From positions 186,001-250,000 of the forward strand of contig MU004231.1 in NCBI GenBank assembly GCA_010405405.1: a stretch of 64,000 nucleotides of DNA, given 5' to 3'. A program made the position numbers and the translations under genes. The notes beneath the pieces were generated by a model, which was given only the letters and a program-made list of their open reading frames with translations, made no database searches and was not told the origin of the DNA. Shown piece after piece: positions 39,398-55,203 of the stretch. Source of the stretch: Microthyrium microscopicum (taxonomy: Eukaryota). Within the stretch, counting starts at the first letter, position 1. Each line of letters opens with the position of its first letter.

Positions 39398-41003
39398 AAC
39401 CATAACGCTAGCTTTGGTGTTTCACGGATTGTGCATGAAATGTTGGGAATGAGTGGCGATGTTTTTTTTTATAACGAGGACAGGAAGTGGTTGGACGATT
39501 CTCTTTTTGTTACTACTCATACCCAATTTGCTTTTGATGGTTTCGGTTGTAGTGCGGAGTGATAAATAGAAAGTTATGTTACAGGCAAGGCTGAAATACG
39601 ACAAGGCTCCATATAATATGTTTTTGATGGATGAATGATAAGGCTAGTTCTGTGATTGTACCAAGAACTATCACAAGTGATAGAAAGACATCTCAGGCTC
39701 ATGTCAGCAGCGATAGCTCCTACCATCGCTAATAGGGTGTTTGCGAATAGAAAATTCCACATTATCATTTTGTGTGATGACTCGACGGGTCCTAATTCTA
39801 AACGTAGAAGTCAAAGCACGTATAACAAGGCATATTGTATACCATTTCGCAATTGATAGGGGTTGCCATTTATTCTGTTGACATTTAGAGCTATTATCTG
39901 GGTACCGGTAGTCGGAATGTTTCGACTGAAACAGATCTTCATTGCGTAACCGGTGATCCTTTGCCAAACCAGGGAGCGGGCAACGACATCAATGTAGATT
40001 ACCCATTCTTTGCCGTGTGTGTGTCGTCATGGCATCTGAAGCGGTGAACTTTTGGGTATCAATCAGCTCTAGAGAAGCACCTAGAAACCCAGCCGAAATA
40101 TGTACCGTTTTCAACGAGAAGGTACGATGAGGTATAAATTGCATCACATCACGCGTGAACGGTTAAAGGCAAACTGTTGGAGCGTGTCCAGAAGGGGTGG
40201 CGTTGATCACAGCGGTTGAACTTGTGGGGAACAGACCGATCGCCTAAACTACAACAAGACTAGCGGCATAGGCGAGGCTGGCGAACAACCTGGGGAATTC
40301 GTGGAGATTGGGACAGCTTGACGCCGCATTTCCAGAAACATCCGCGTGCCTGTCTGTCCTGCTGCGACGTAGTCATTCTTTGGGCAACCGGCTAATTGTT
40401 CTCCAAAGAGCCGCAAAGCTCTAGCATCTTCTTTGGGAAGTTGTAGGCTGCGGCAGATGCTGCCGATGAAGCTGCTCAACGTCGCGTGATAATGGGGCTA
40501 TGAGAGTTGAGAGGCACTGTTCGCACGGGTGTATCTGGTCAATGCCAATGAGTTTGTTTGATAGAAACAGCCTTGCCAAACCCGACACTGACAGCTCTTT
40601 CTTCACCAAGGCAATTGCCCCATACGACGATGTATGTTCTGATGTAGAGAAGGACTCGTGTGCTTCAATGTATACCATGACAAGTTGACGGCATGATCCC
40701 ATTGACTCTTTCAGCAATGTGGATGCAGGTACCTAACAAAGTATCGTAGGACGAAGCTCTTGAAGCAGGAGATTACAGTCGCGTGATCATCGCCTTAACC
40801 ATCGCGGTTGCCCAGAACCCAGAAACAAGGGTCCAGCCTTGTGAGCCTATTACAGTATTACATATGAACTTTCCCCTCTCCCTCAACTTCAATCCTCTAC
40901 TCCATCTTCCCATCATCAAACACTTCCATTTCTCCAATTCATCAAACACTACTACCAATTCCTCTCTCTCTACCTTCAATCCTTCCCTACTAGCTCCGAC
41001 AAG

Positions 41004-41793
41004 AGTAAGTTATATCTCCCTCAGCTCCGCTCCCCTTCAGCCGCACTGTATGACGTGACATGTTTGTCTCTTGAGATTGTCAGCAATGGTCCATATGCTG
41101 TTTATCATCTCTTATTCATCCAATTTCATCTCAATTGGTTCCACTGTGTCAATCGCTATGACTGTGGAACCAAAAACTGTTATTGTTGCTCATGTTTCGG
41201 TTGGTTGACATGACGTCGGCTGACCCCTGAATTTACAGTGACTCGATCTCACAAGTACACCGACCGTGACTACTCCAATGAGGACGGAGAGCATGTGCAA
41301 CATATGCCAAAGTTCTTTGCCAAGTCAGGCTTTGCCGACGCTGATCCCAAAAAGATCAAGAAGGAGGGCGGTGGAAAGGGCAATTGGTGAGTCCTTTGTT
41401 ATTGTTTACCCCTTTATCATTCTCTACCGATGCTCCTTACTATCCACGAGATGTCACCCCAAAAAGCTTTGTATTCACACCGCCAATTGACCGAACCAAT
41501 CAAACTGCACTAAATTTCCAAAAACTTTCCTTTCATTTTTAACATTTTCGAATAGGGGTCACCCAGGCGAAGAAGTCGTAGACACTGCCTACAATCCAAC
41601 CAATCCTCGTCGCCGAAGCAATTCTTCCGGCCATTCCAAGAGTGCCAAAGACTTCAAGACCAAATTCGAGGTCGTTGAGCACGAGCCAGTCTTCGAGGAC
41701 ATGCCTCCAGAGGAGGAAGACGAGGAACACGTCAAACTTGAGCATCAAAGCACCACTTCCTCCACCGAGACAGTTGATGGAAGTCACGATTAG
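41004..41793 (+). CDS. STF2/TMA10-like small stress protein (HABP4/SERBP1-related)
   Basis: Not in the ORF track. Exon 1 contributes only the A of ATG (41004); intron 41005-41238; exon 41239-41386; intron 41387-41555; exon 41556-41793. Product MTRSHKYTDRD..PKFFAKSG..DPKKIKKEGGGKGNWGHPGEE..RRRSNSS.. Confidence 0.85.
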
Positions 41794-43265
41794 AGTGATT
41801 GTGATTGCGTGGTACCACACCTCATTCTGTCTGACAACAGCATCGGTTCGCCATAGCCGAACAGACACTTTGAGACCACGAATGGCCCTGGTGTGCACCT
41901 CCTAATTCTTACGACCTGTTTTCTGCTCTCGTTACGATATGCCTTGTCTTTCATTTGACTCGGCGTTAACTTTTCCTGTCCTGAATGGAGTTTGGGAAAA
42001 ACATTGTTCTATATATGTTACTTTAAACATCAGCCTTAGCCAAGCTGAAGGCACATTGTGTCGTTCGAAAGGGAATCACACCCTTTTCGACTTACCTGAC
42101 CTACCTCAACTTTCCACTTTCGGAATGTCGATTGCTTGGTCGGGTGCTACTTTCTGTCAACGCCCAATGTACTATGTAGAATGATACTCAGTTGACAACA
42201 CATCATCTCTCAATCGCACTGTGATTCTAGTGATACTCGTTACAATCGACGCTCGATACTATTGTGATGCCATGCATGTCATCACCCATCGGTATCATTC
42301 GATCAAGCTGATTTTCATAAGCTCCCTGCACTTCAATCGTATTCTATCTACAGCCTCCTCCTTCAAACGAACGGCAAACGTTTGGAATGGCCAAGAACAC
42401 GGCTTTGTAACCGATTATCACGCCCTCCTACCCTATTCCTGCAACAGATCACGCATTCTACTCCAACATTGCCTCCGCGGCCTCATCTCCTCCTACACCA
42501 TCTCACCACGCAGCGAACATACATTCCTCATCCCCACGGGTCCCCGCTGACCACATCTTCCGCATTCCACGCCCAAAGGACCGCAAGTCGGTGTCTTGAC
42601 TTCTCTGGCACGCTATCAACCCGCGTGAACGCTCGCGCGCCAGGTACAACGTAGCCATATCGCCATCGGCGAGCTATCTCCCATCTCGCGACGGTGGTGG
42701 GTGACAGTCTAGACGGCGTGGTATGCTTTGCTGGGCATGTGGTGGGATTTGTAAGGCGAGATATCACTCAATGGATGCATGATGTGCTGAATGTGTCCCT
42801 GGTAACTGGACTTGTTGAGGATGGTAGGTAGTTTATGCGGGCTAGTCTGGCTGTTGAGGGCAGATGGGTTGGGTTAATTGTGCGCTGTTTACATGTCTGG
42901 GACGCGATTTGTCGGGGTGGGAGTGGGGCACGGGTGATAAGGGCGGTATGGAGAGTACGTGTTGGCTCATCTAGGTTGAGGGGTGGAGCCACTTGAGGAG
43001 GTATTGGGGGATTGGAGAAGTCTGGAGATTGTGAGGTATGGAGTATGCGTGGGCTGAAGGACCGAAGAGATGAGATGGTGGTGGTGTTAGTGGTAGATAT
43101 CTCAGTGATGATAGTATCGTGGCCTTGGTGGCGATTAGAGGGAGGTTGCGAAGATCGACTACCCGTAGCTTGATCAACAACATGAGTGCAAAATAAAGGG
43201 ATGTAGTGATGAACAAAAAGAAAGAAGTTACAAATTAGAATATGTTCATGCAGTTAAGTAAGGTT

Positions 43266-44315
43266 CTAATGTTGCGAGATCACGGTTCTGAGCTCGCCCA
43301 TGAGCTCATTCTTCCTTTCGTCAGAGCACCAGCTTCCTTGTATACCGTTGGTGCATATCGTCTCCCAGTCTTTGACAGATAGATTGTGTGCTTCTTGGAC
43401 AGCACAATACGTATCGAGTATGTATGCACCAAAGTATGCAGGATCATCCGAATTCAGGCTGAACTTGACACCAGCATCCAGGAACTTTCTGATTGGGACT
43501 TCCTTCATCGATGGAACACATCGTAACAATATGTTGCTTACAGGACAAAGCGTCAGCAAGAAGCCTTCATCTGCCACTCTTTTCATGAGTACTGGGTCTT
43601 CAGCAAGACGAAGCCCATGATCGATCCGCTGGCAGCCAAGATTGTCCAATGCACTAGCAATGTTCTGTGCCGGGCCTTCTTCACCCGCATGAGCGGTCCT
43701 CCTCACATTCAAATCCCGGGCTTTGTCATATATCTCTTTAAACATGACGGGTGGGAAATCATTCTCGCTCGAGTCAAGTCCGATGCCGACAACACGACCA
43801 TCTCGGAAACTCGCCTGGACATCGGCGTTGTCAAACACGGCCAGGCTGTCTGCAACAGGAAGATGCCGAAGAAAGCAAGCAATAATGTTGACGCTCATAT
43901 GAAGCTCATCTTCGGCCCTTTTCTTCGCGTCCACAAACCCCTGAAGCATAGTATTATAGTCAATACCACGACTGAGATGAGCCTGCGGATCGAAAAACAC
44001 CTCTGCATGGCGAACGCCATCCTTGGCCGCCCGCTGGAAATACCGCCACGCCAATTCGCAGAAATCAACAGATTCGCGCAGCACGGACATGCCAATGTAG
44101 TAGTAACCCAGGAAATCGTCTAGCGAGGTGAAGCGTAGATACCGATCCCGCAGGGCCTGTTCAGAGGTAAACGCGGCATCATCGGCCAGAAGTTTGATTC
44201 CATGTTTGGCGGCCAGGGAGAAGAGGAGATCGGGCTCGAGTGCGCCTTCTAAATGAATGTGTTGTTCAACTTTTGGTAGCGCACAGATGAGAGGATGGAG
44301 CGCTGATTTGCACAT
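43266..44315 (-). CDS. AAH1: Adenine deaminase (adenosine/AMP deaminase family)
   Basis: 'LPKVEQHIHLEG', 'FFDPQAH', 'GIGLDSSE', 'TAHAGEEG', 'RIDHG', 'LCPVSN', 'NSDDPAYFG'; intronless, ATG 44315. Confidence 0.92.
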   Translation of the reverse strand: MCKSALHPLICALPKVEQHIHLEGALEPDLLFSLAAKHGIKLLADDAAFTSEQALRDRYLRFTSLDDFLGYYYIGMSVLRESVDFCELAWRYFQRAAKDGVRHAEVFFDPQAHLSRGIDYNTMLQGFVDAKKRAEDELHMSVNIIACFLRHLPVADSLAVFDNADVQASFRDGRVVGIGLDSSENDFPPVMFKEIYDKARDLNVRRTAHAGEEGPAQNIASALDNLGCQRIDHGLRLAEDPVLMKRVADEGFLLTLCPVSNILLRCVPSMKEVPIRKFLDAGVKFSLNSDDPAYFGAYILDTYCAVQEAHNLSVKDWETICTNGIQGSWCSDERKNELMGELRTVISQH

Positions 44316-47300
44316 TGTTGGTATCCGAGCTATCTGAATTGAAAACCCGGAAAACCAGGGAAGAGAGGTTGAGCACTGTCCACGCTTGGTTTTGTGTTTC
44401 GTAGACAATTTAGATACGGAAGTTGACCGATGGGATATATAGGCCCTATTCGGTAGACTGAGCCGGGCCGAGCGTGAGAGTATAGATATGCGATATAGAA
44501 ACTTTGCGTGTCAGATTCGTTCTCACTAATTTCCCGTCTGTGGGGGTCTGGTATGATTGGTCTTGATGATGATTCTCCAAAGGCTCACTATGTTGAGCGG
44601 CGGCCAGAGATGGATCTGAGCCGAACTAAAGCTATATTCGTGGGTAGATATGGAAGAGTTTGGTATCTCCAAGATTTACTGATGGTTTGTGATAAGCTTG
44701 ATTGGTGGTTTGACCTCGATGCTCTAGAGTATACCAATGCTATTGCGAGAGACTTGATATTTGATGATATAAGTGGAAAGATGAATGATTGCGTTACTGA
44801 GATGATACATGCAAGTCATGTGTAGCAATCTTGATCCTGAACGATGTCTTTGGATAAATATACTAGTTTAGAGCAGATAAATGAAAAGCGGCTCATGCCG
44901 AACGCCGGATGTGGGCCCTTCGCTTTCGCCTCATTTTTCAAGGTTATTGGATGCTCGGTGCGTCCTATTAAGCTACCTAATTATGATCACGATTATAGGT
45001 AAATATAAATATGGAAATGACTGTTGAAAGTCTAAGCTGTGCTAAGTCTTAATTTCAGTTTTTGAGCAAATTTCCAAACAATCATCATTCAATCGCTCAT
45101 TTCTTTCATCTTGTTGAATTGTCTAGCTGTTGAGGGCACGCCAGTCATTCTGTTCATTGATTGGAAGTTGAGTAGTTCAAGTTTGTAGGTAAATGATGTC
45201 GTTAGCATTAGAATCTTTCGACAAGGATATGGAATTTGTTTTAAGGAAAGACACTCGTTAACCGAAATCTACATCTTATACTGATACTGAGCTTGGATCA
45301 AGAGGTCTCACATGGTAACTACTACAGTAGTCGTCGCAACAGCATGTGGTAGTTTGGGTTTGCAGTATTGGTATGATGGTTCCTGAGGATTCCAGCTGGC
45401 CTTATACTGGTATGCGACTAACCTCACTGGGCACATTCCCAATATTAAAGTCAAGCCCTTCAGGTAAACCTGCATGCCGTGATGAGGCCAAAGGATGCGC
45501 TTAATTTATATGTTCCGCAGCAATTGCTTGATCTGGTTTGGCGTTTTTATGAACACCATCGGCAGTGTTCAAAGTAGTTTCTAGATCGAGTCAATTTACT
45601 AAACCGCAAACCTAAGATAACTTGATATGCGAAGGGGGAGGATGGTGTCACGGTAGATTTCCACGTGGCTTGAGCGCAACAGTACCGGTACAGACAAACA
45701 CCCGTCGTGCGTCGTGCTTTGACAGAAGGCTGGGAGCTGAAATATTCGTGTCACAATACCAACGTCGTACCTCTTACACTGGAGGCAGACTCTCACAGAA
45801 GAACAGCAGAACGTCCTTGCAGGTGTCAATAACGGAGAATATCCGATGCGGGAGCAGCCATTCATATCAGCAAAGACGATATTGGGAGCCAGCGATTTGG
45901 TGCCTTGTTGCAGCATGTATGATGTATCAGATCGGTCGAACTGATGGCCTGGCATGCCTGGGACGGACGGCTGGATAGGCGGCTCCAAGCTGAGGTTTTC
46001 GCTTGATTCCGTTGACTTGTCATTGGCGGACAGATGACGGACAAATTATTAGGCGGATGGTCTGTCCGTCCACGCCAGCAAGGACTGGTCAACATATCGT
46101 CGACTTAGTAACCCAAAGACCGAGGAGTGTAATTTCAGGGTGATGAAAAGGATGATGTCGAGATGAGGGCTATGGAAGATCGTCTAGCAGCAAGCAGATC
46201 CATTGAAAGTTCCATGTTTCGTGATGCTTCGCAGTAATATGAAAGTACAATACAAAGCAAGGTACGCGTGCAAGGTGTGCTTGGAGGACTAGGCGTAGCT
46301 TTTGAGAGGAGGTTGGGGAGACAGCGGTTCGAGTTTGCAAGGTTACTGTACAATTGTCTTGAATTGTCTAGTACAAATAAGTACTCACAATTAGTAAGTA
46401 ACGATTGCTTTTGTCTGTGCATAATTGGTGCTTGGTACGGCAGCGCAAGTTTGTACTCTACCATATCTGCTCAAGAATTGTGAAATTTCATCAAGGGTCG
46501 ACAATATACAGGCTGTAGAGGTTTGTTGGTTTGTATGATGCATCAAACGAACTCCAGAGTAGACACATACGCATAATTCTTCATCCCTTGCTAAGTGCGG
46601 CTAGGAGATCATCAACTGCTAGACAGCTTGGCCTTTCCCTTCACCTGGCATCGCATCGCATCAATAATATGTCAAACCACTTTACAACCATCTCAAGCCG
46701 GGTTTTCATTCGCGTGCCGGTCGTTTGTCGGAGCTACAGTGTTTCGGAGACAACCGAGAATTTTTAGTAGTCGTCTGATTTACCGTTTTTAGTCTCTTGT
46801 TTCCTCAAGTTCCGAAATAACAACATCCGTGTTCTGAGCTGCCGCCTGACATGGTAATTGATCCGATGGCGCTCTGCGCGGTGCTTCTTGTCTCCAACCA
46901 CCTGCAGCAAGCCTGGACTCTTCTTCTTCTTTGAGTTCTCAAGATAGGTACCTATCCTTGCCCTTGTTTCCCGATCTTTCTTCAGGCTCGTGAATGGCTG
47001 CATCAGCCTCGTGCAGTATGTACTGGTATCGTACCTCGAGAGTGCCAGTACCTATCGATCGACGCCCATTGGATGGCTGCTTTTTGCCTACTACTCCATC
47101 CAAGCTAAACCTGATTCTGGCAGTACCTGCTCTTACCACCGGAAGCTCTCGCCGCGAGCCGATGGCAAGGGATAACACCACCTTCCTTTGAAGTTGTACA
47201 TTGTCTTCATCAAGGAAGCAAACACGGAACATCTTGCATATGGAGATACTTACCAAGGGTAGTTTTAAGATTATCGATATAGTCATACTACGGTCGGATT

Positions 47301-49250
47301 AGTCATTTGGGCGAGGCTCACTCTCTTCAATTGTCTGATCTATCAATCGAGATCATTGCGAAGAACCGTCTCAAAGATCAATTACGTTGAGGACCCGGTA
47401 TCATTCATGCGATATTGTTTCGTTAACCACAATGGCTATCCCAGAACACCAAACGAACCAGTTCACGATGATTTGATGCGTTACTAGTTCATCCATGAAC
47501 TAGAGTAGCTCATCCATGAACCAATTACCGATGACAGCTACTGATTTATGCTGTTTAACGCTCCCGTGGGCGTGTACGCTATCCTGTAACGTACCTCCGT
47601 ACCTCACAGCGCTCTGCCCATCTGCAAGATGCAAGCACCCTTTAGGTATTCATCTTTATCCCCTGCTCAGAACCCCAGTTCCCATCATTTTGAATCCGTC
47701 AGCGATATTCCATGTACCCCGAGCATTGCAGCAGTTCGCCATTATCCATGACACGGAAGACGGATTGATCACATACTGCACCTGCCAACCTCCAATCGTA
47801 ATATTGTTATTTCCCCGTTCGGAATAATCGAAACTGCGAAATCGCCTTTGTATGTATCCAACTCACTCTATGGCCCCCAGAAAGAATGCAGTAGTTTCAT
47901 CTTACCAAATCGCGTTATAGCTCTAATGAAGATCCGATTTGGACCTATCTGACACTAGTTTCTACTTGGGTTCCTGTTCACTAAGTGCTAATCAATACAT
48001 ATCTCTGAAATTTCGCCGACTTTCCGACTTGGGTCCAGCCCTACCAGATGTTCAACATTCATATTCTTGGAGAAGCACGTCAACATTGAAGAGTGGGTTA
48101 GCTCTTACATTCAGGATTACCCGTTTGGCTGCATCAAAAAAACAACACCAAATCTGCAACCTCATCAGTGGCCTACATAAAGCCGAGGTCCACACTTGCA
48201 GAAAGAGAAGCATTACAGATTCTTTCAGGTCGGCAGATATAGCGAGCAGGAGAAACTCTAGGCTGACTATTTAAAGCTCCAATTGTTTCCCGATAGCTAT
48301 CTCATATTCATCAGGCCATCAATTACCATGCTGTAGCAAAGACTTGCTAGACTAGGTTTATTATCTGGCTAAGTTTGGGATTTTCGCTTCTTGGATCACT
48401 GCAGTGGCTGCCGGTCCCTGGTGGATTCCTCGCCTCATTATCCGCTCGGATTCCTAGTCCAGGTTCAGGTTACTCAGATATATGCACCACGAAAACGACA
48501 ACTGTCCCACAAGGCAACTGATATGTCGCTAGCCAACCGCTGATTTACGTCGTACTACCCTTCCATGGACGCTTTTCAGTCTCTGTGATTCAGTGATTTG
48601 CGCCGTCTCACCGCTGGCTCTTACGCAAGTAGCCGGGCAGTATCTTGTACATGAGATTGGAACACAACACGTTCATTCAGCATTCTTACGCCCCAGTGTT
48701 GTGGCAACCCCTGGATTTCAACTTGTTCGCACGGCACACGTGCTGCTCGGCGTCCCGAGAAATCGAACACATGTTACTCGAAAACGTGGGACTATCATTC
48801 TCGAAGTCAAAGGTCCGATCCGCCCAGCGCCATACTCGAAGACGCCAGGTTGATGCATATCGGCAATAGCGAGCTAGGGAATAGTGACGGCACACCCGAT
48901 TAATCCATTCCGCCTCTAGTCAGAGATCATTCTATAACTCCAGGAGACTTGCCATTCTGTGCTCTGAAAAGTCCTGATGAGACTTGTGGTGGCTGGAGGA
49001 TTGGTTTGCGTTGTTTCACACACTCCTTTCAACAAGTTCGAGACTAAATTTGAGTACAATCGAGCTACTGGCAGGTTCCGTTGATGTAGGAAGAACAGTT
49101 GTACGTTCAGCCCAAGTCCCCAGACTATACGAGGAAGAAAGCCAAGTACTTGATTATTACCTGCCACTCGAAAATTCCCCGAGAGATCTGTGCATAAGTG
49201 TAACCATAACTGGCCTGACTGACCACGATCAAACAGGGATAAGGAACTGA

Positions 49251-52008
<2,758 letters not shown>

Positions 52009-52538
52009 GAGAAAGCTGTAGTGTAAGACAACGAGGAGTTGGAGCGGAGTTTGATACCATGTATACTAGGAGTGCTGACAGAAGAAGAGTGTATTGGAGG
52101 GCTGACTGAAAGTAGTAGACAGATGGTGTAAACTATTGGAATGTCACACGACGCACATGCAAACTGCGAACAACTTGATGAGATTTTCTAGCTTTTTTGT
52201 GCACCTCATGGATAGAGCTTTTGATCACACTGCAAGAGGCCCACCAGCGAGCTTGAAGCTCAATCTTCTACGACATTTATTACTGTCGGGCCACTATATG
52301 GCTCACTAACTGCAGTTAACCAACATTGTGCGGGTTTCCATTGAAAAGTTCAACCACGGTACAGACCAGTCATATGATTCATAGGGCCATTCTTATGACT
52401 ATATCCTGAAAGTTATAACAGATATAAAAGGACCGAATCTTCACGTCGATTATTCCCACATAGCAGCACGCCTTCACTAAATTCCACTTCCTATCTCCAC
52501 TTTGCAACCTGGGTTTCTTTGCATTGATCAACAACACA

Positions 52539-54239
52539 ATGTATCCAAGATCAAGAGAAATGCGCAAGATCTGGGATACAGATCTCCAGCGGACACTAAA
52601 TGAACTCAACTTAAGACCACGGGAATTGTTACCTGACATAACCATGACAAAGCTACACAAGATCCTAACGGATCAAGATGTCAGATTGAAGGACCTCCGA
52701 GGAGTTCTCTATGACCTCAGGAGACTTGAGCAGTGGTATCAACTATGTCACCCTTTTAAACGAAGGTGGTCCAGCCCAACAGAACATGCACTTGAACTTT
52801 TTCAGGAGATGGCTTTTGGGGGGGACTCTGTGAACATCTATGCCAACTATCCAGCATCACCAAAGCGGGTAAGTATTTATCGGTCGCTTCTAGCAAACCT
52901 GTTTACGACAGATATACTAATGCAATCATAGTTTATTTCCCTCGAAGCGCTACAATACCGAATGTTTTACGATTCGATGAAAATGACCTCTGAAATAAGT
53001 ATGTTGACTTCTCAGATGAGCACGTTGTGTCTCGACACGACAAGCAAACAGAAACAGAAAGCATTCCCTTTCCTAAGACTGCCCAGTGAGCTCAGAAACC
53101 GGATATACAGTCTTGTCGCACCAACTCAAACGGTTCGCTATGCTTGGACACGCAATCCGAAATCCAGTGGGTACAAAGCTCATATCGAACGCGAGAACCG
53201 AACAGAATGGTGCGAATCGCTTCTTCGAGTTAATCGACAAATCTATACCGAATTTGTCACGATCTGGTACCGTGCCGTACCATATCAGATACAATTAGGA
53301 GTCGACAGCGAGATTCGATTCTGCGGCAGTATATATCATACATGTCAAGAGCCTCCAACAACGCTGCGGTATGTCCGTGAATTGCATATACGATTTACGC
53401 CATCGTGGTATAAAGAACGGAACTATGGATATTACTGGTATAGCCACTGCGATAAGCCGAGTTGCATGCGTGCTCGAAATCCCGAAAACAATTTGGCACG
53501 ACTTTCACATCACCTTGCGACTCCTACCCTATTACTGGAACGCTGTGTGATTGACTGCGACAAGTTCACCAAGCATCCGATCTGGTTTAGAATCATGGCT
53601 GGCTTTATCCCCGAGTTTCGAAGCTTGCAGTATTGTACAGACGACCCCCTGGCACCCATCTTTTGGAGGTACACACAAGAAAAGTGGGAGAGAATATTTG
53701 GTTCTCTGCGATGCTTGGCCGGAACGATTGAGGTTGTGCTTCCTCCGCTGAAAGTGAGGCCTAAATACTGCACCAGAAGAATACGATGCATCTTGAAGGC
53801 CCGCGACCTCACTCGGAGATATCTTGAAGGCTCGATAAACGGCAACCTTAGAATGACTCCAGCGGATCAGAAGGAGTTCAGCCGCACTTTGCTTGAGAGT
53901 TTGAAGGCAGACGTGCCCAAAACCGATGACTGGCGTTATGAAGAGTTCTTGGTCGCTACAGCAGCATCTCAAGCTAAAGAACTTGTGATCTTTTATAGAT
54001 TAGAGCTGTGGCAACCTAACTTCGACTGGAGACGTCCCATTTGCTTAGAGGGCGATAGCTTGGAAGAGGTCTTAGATGAGGAGTCGTACCTTGGGAGATT
54101 CGAGAGTTGTCACGGCTTACATCTACTACCTCGACCGCCGGGGCCTTTTACCAGAAAAACGGAATACTGGTGGCCCAAATCAGATGGTGAGAGGGTTGGA
54201 AGAAGTGGAAGAGAGATCAAGCTTTACGGACCAGAATAG
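52539..54239 (+). CDS. F-box-like (2EXR/DUF7730-type) orphan protein
   Basis: Phase-0 intron 52869-52931 joins ORF 52524-52931 to ORF 52962-54239; 'FPFLRLPSELRNRIYSLV' and 'LLRVNRQIYTE' motifs. Confidence 0.7.
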
Positions 54240-55203
54240 TCTAGTCCAAATATAGTTAGAAGAATGTGGAAGCTCCACAGATTTGCGTCAAATCCCAACA
54301 GAAGGGTCAGGCCTCATTTTCTTGATGCTTGATCCTGTCTCTCAAGCGATCGACCCCACGTCGTCATCATCCAACTCCAATCATCTCCCAGTATCAACTT
54401 GTCCTCTCTATCTTCTTGCTGCTTTTTCTCTCTGACGGACTGTCTCCATGAATATCGGATACCGATTCAAGCTCCAACATCATCTAGACCTCGTTGACCT
54501 GGCTCATGGACAGCTGATGTTACCTTATCGACCCCCCATCAAACCTACCAGCTCTTCATGGAGCCAGTAAGACGGTGAAATAAACTGCACTATCAGGCCA
54601 TCTGCGTCCGCCCCAGCCCGGATTCACCAAGCTTGTTTCCAAGCTTGACGGCCCGCATCAACGAGCATCAACGAGCAGCATCGTACGGAGGGGCATACAA
54701 CGATGTGGTTGTTCCATTGGCTCGGAAACCGGCATGGTTCAGCAGCTACTGCGTGTATTCCACGCGGTTGGTGTCGCTCTGCATTGTTTTTACAAGAAAT
54801 TCTGGAAAGTTGAGACAGCCACGACTCCAAAGCATCCACTAGAAGCGGCCTTTTTCTTCAATGAAGCTGCTTGACGTGCAAATCAAACTCGCACGTTTCT
54901 CGCCGGACACCTTCTGTAGCTCATTCCTCGCTAGTCTTGCAGTGACATTTGCTTTTTATGCTTTGATCCGATGTGAAATAAGCCGATGGAATCGATGGCA
55001 TTGGAGCTTCATTAAACTACCCCAGTACCGGTAGCTTCATCCCTCCTTGACAGCTTCAAATTTCAGCTGCGTCACCTTAAGGCTTAAGCTCACCCCTCCC
55101 GACCCATTTGAACAATTTCTTTCTCTCTTTCCAACTTGAATCCTACAACCTACCCATTCGTCTCCTACGTACACATAGCTTCAAACTTGCCCAAGTATTC
55201 AAA

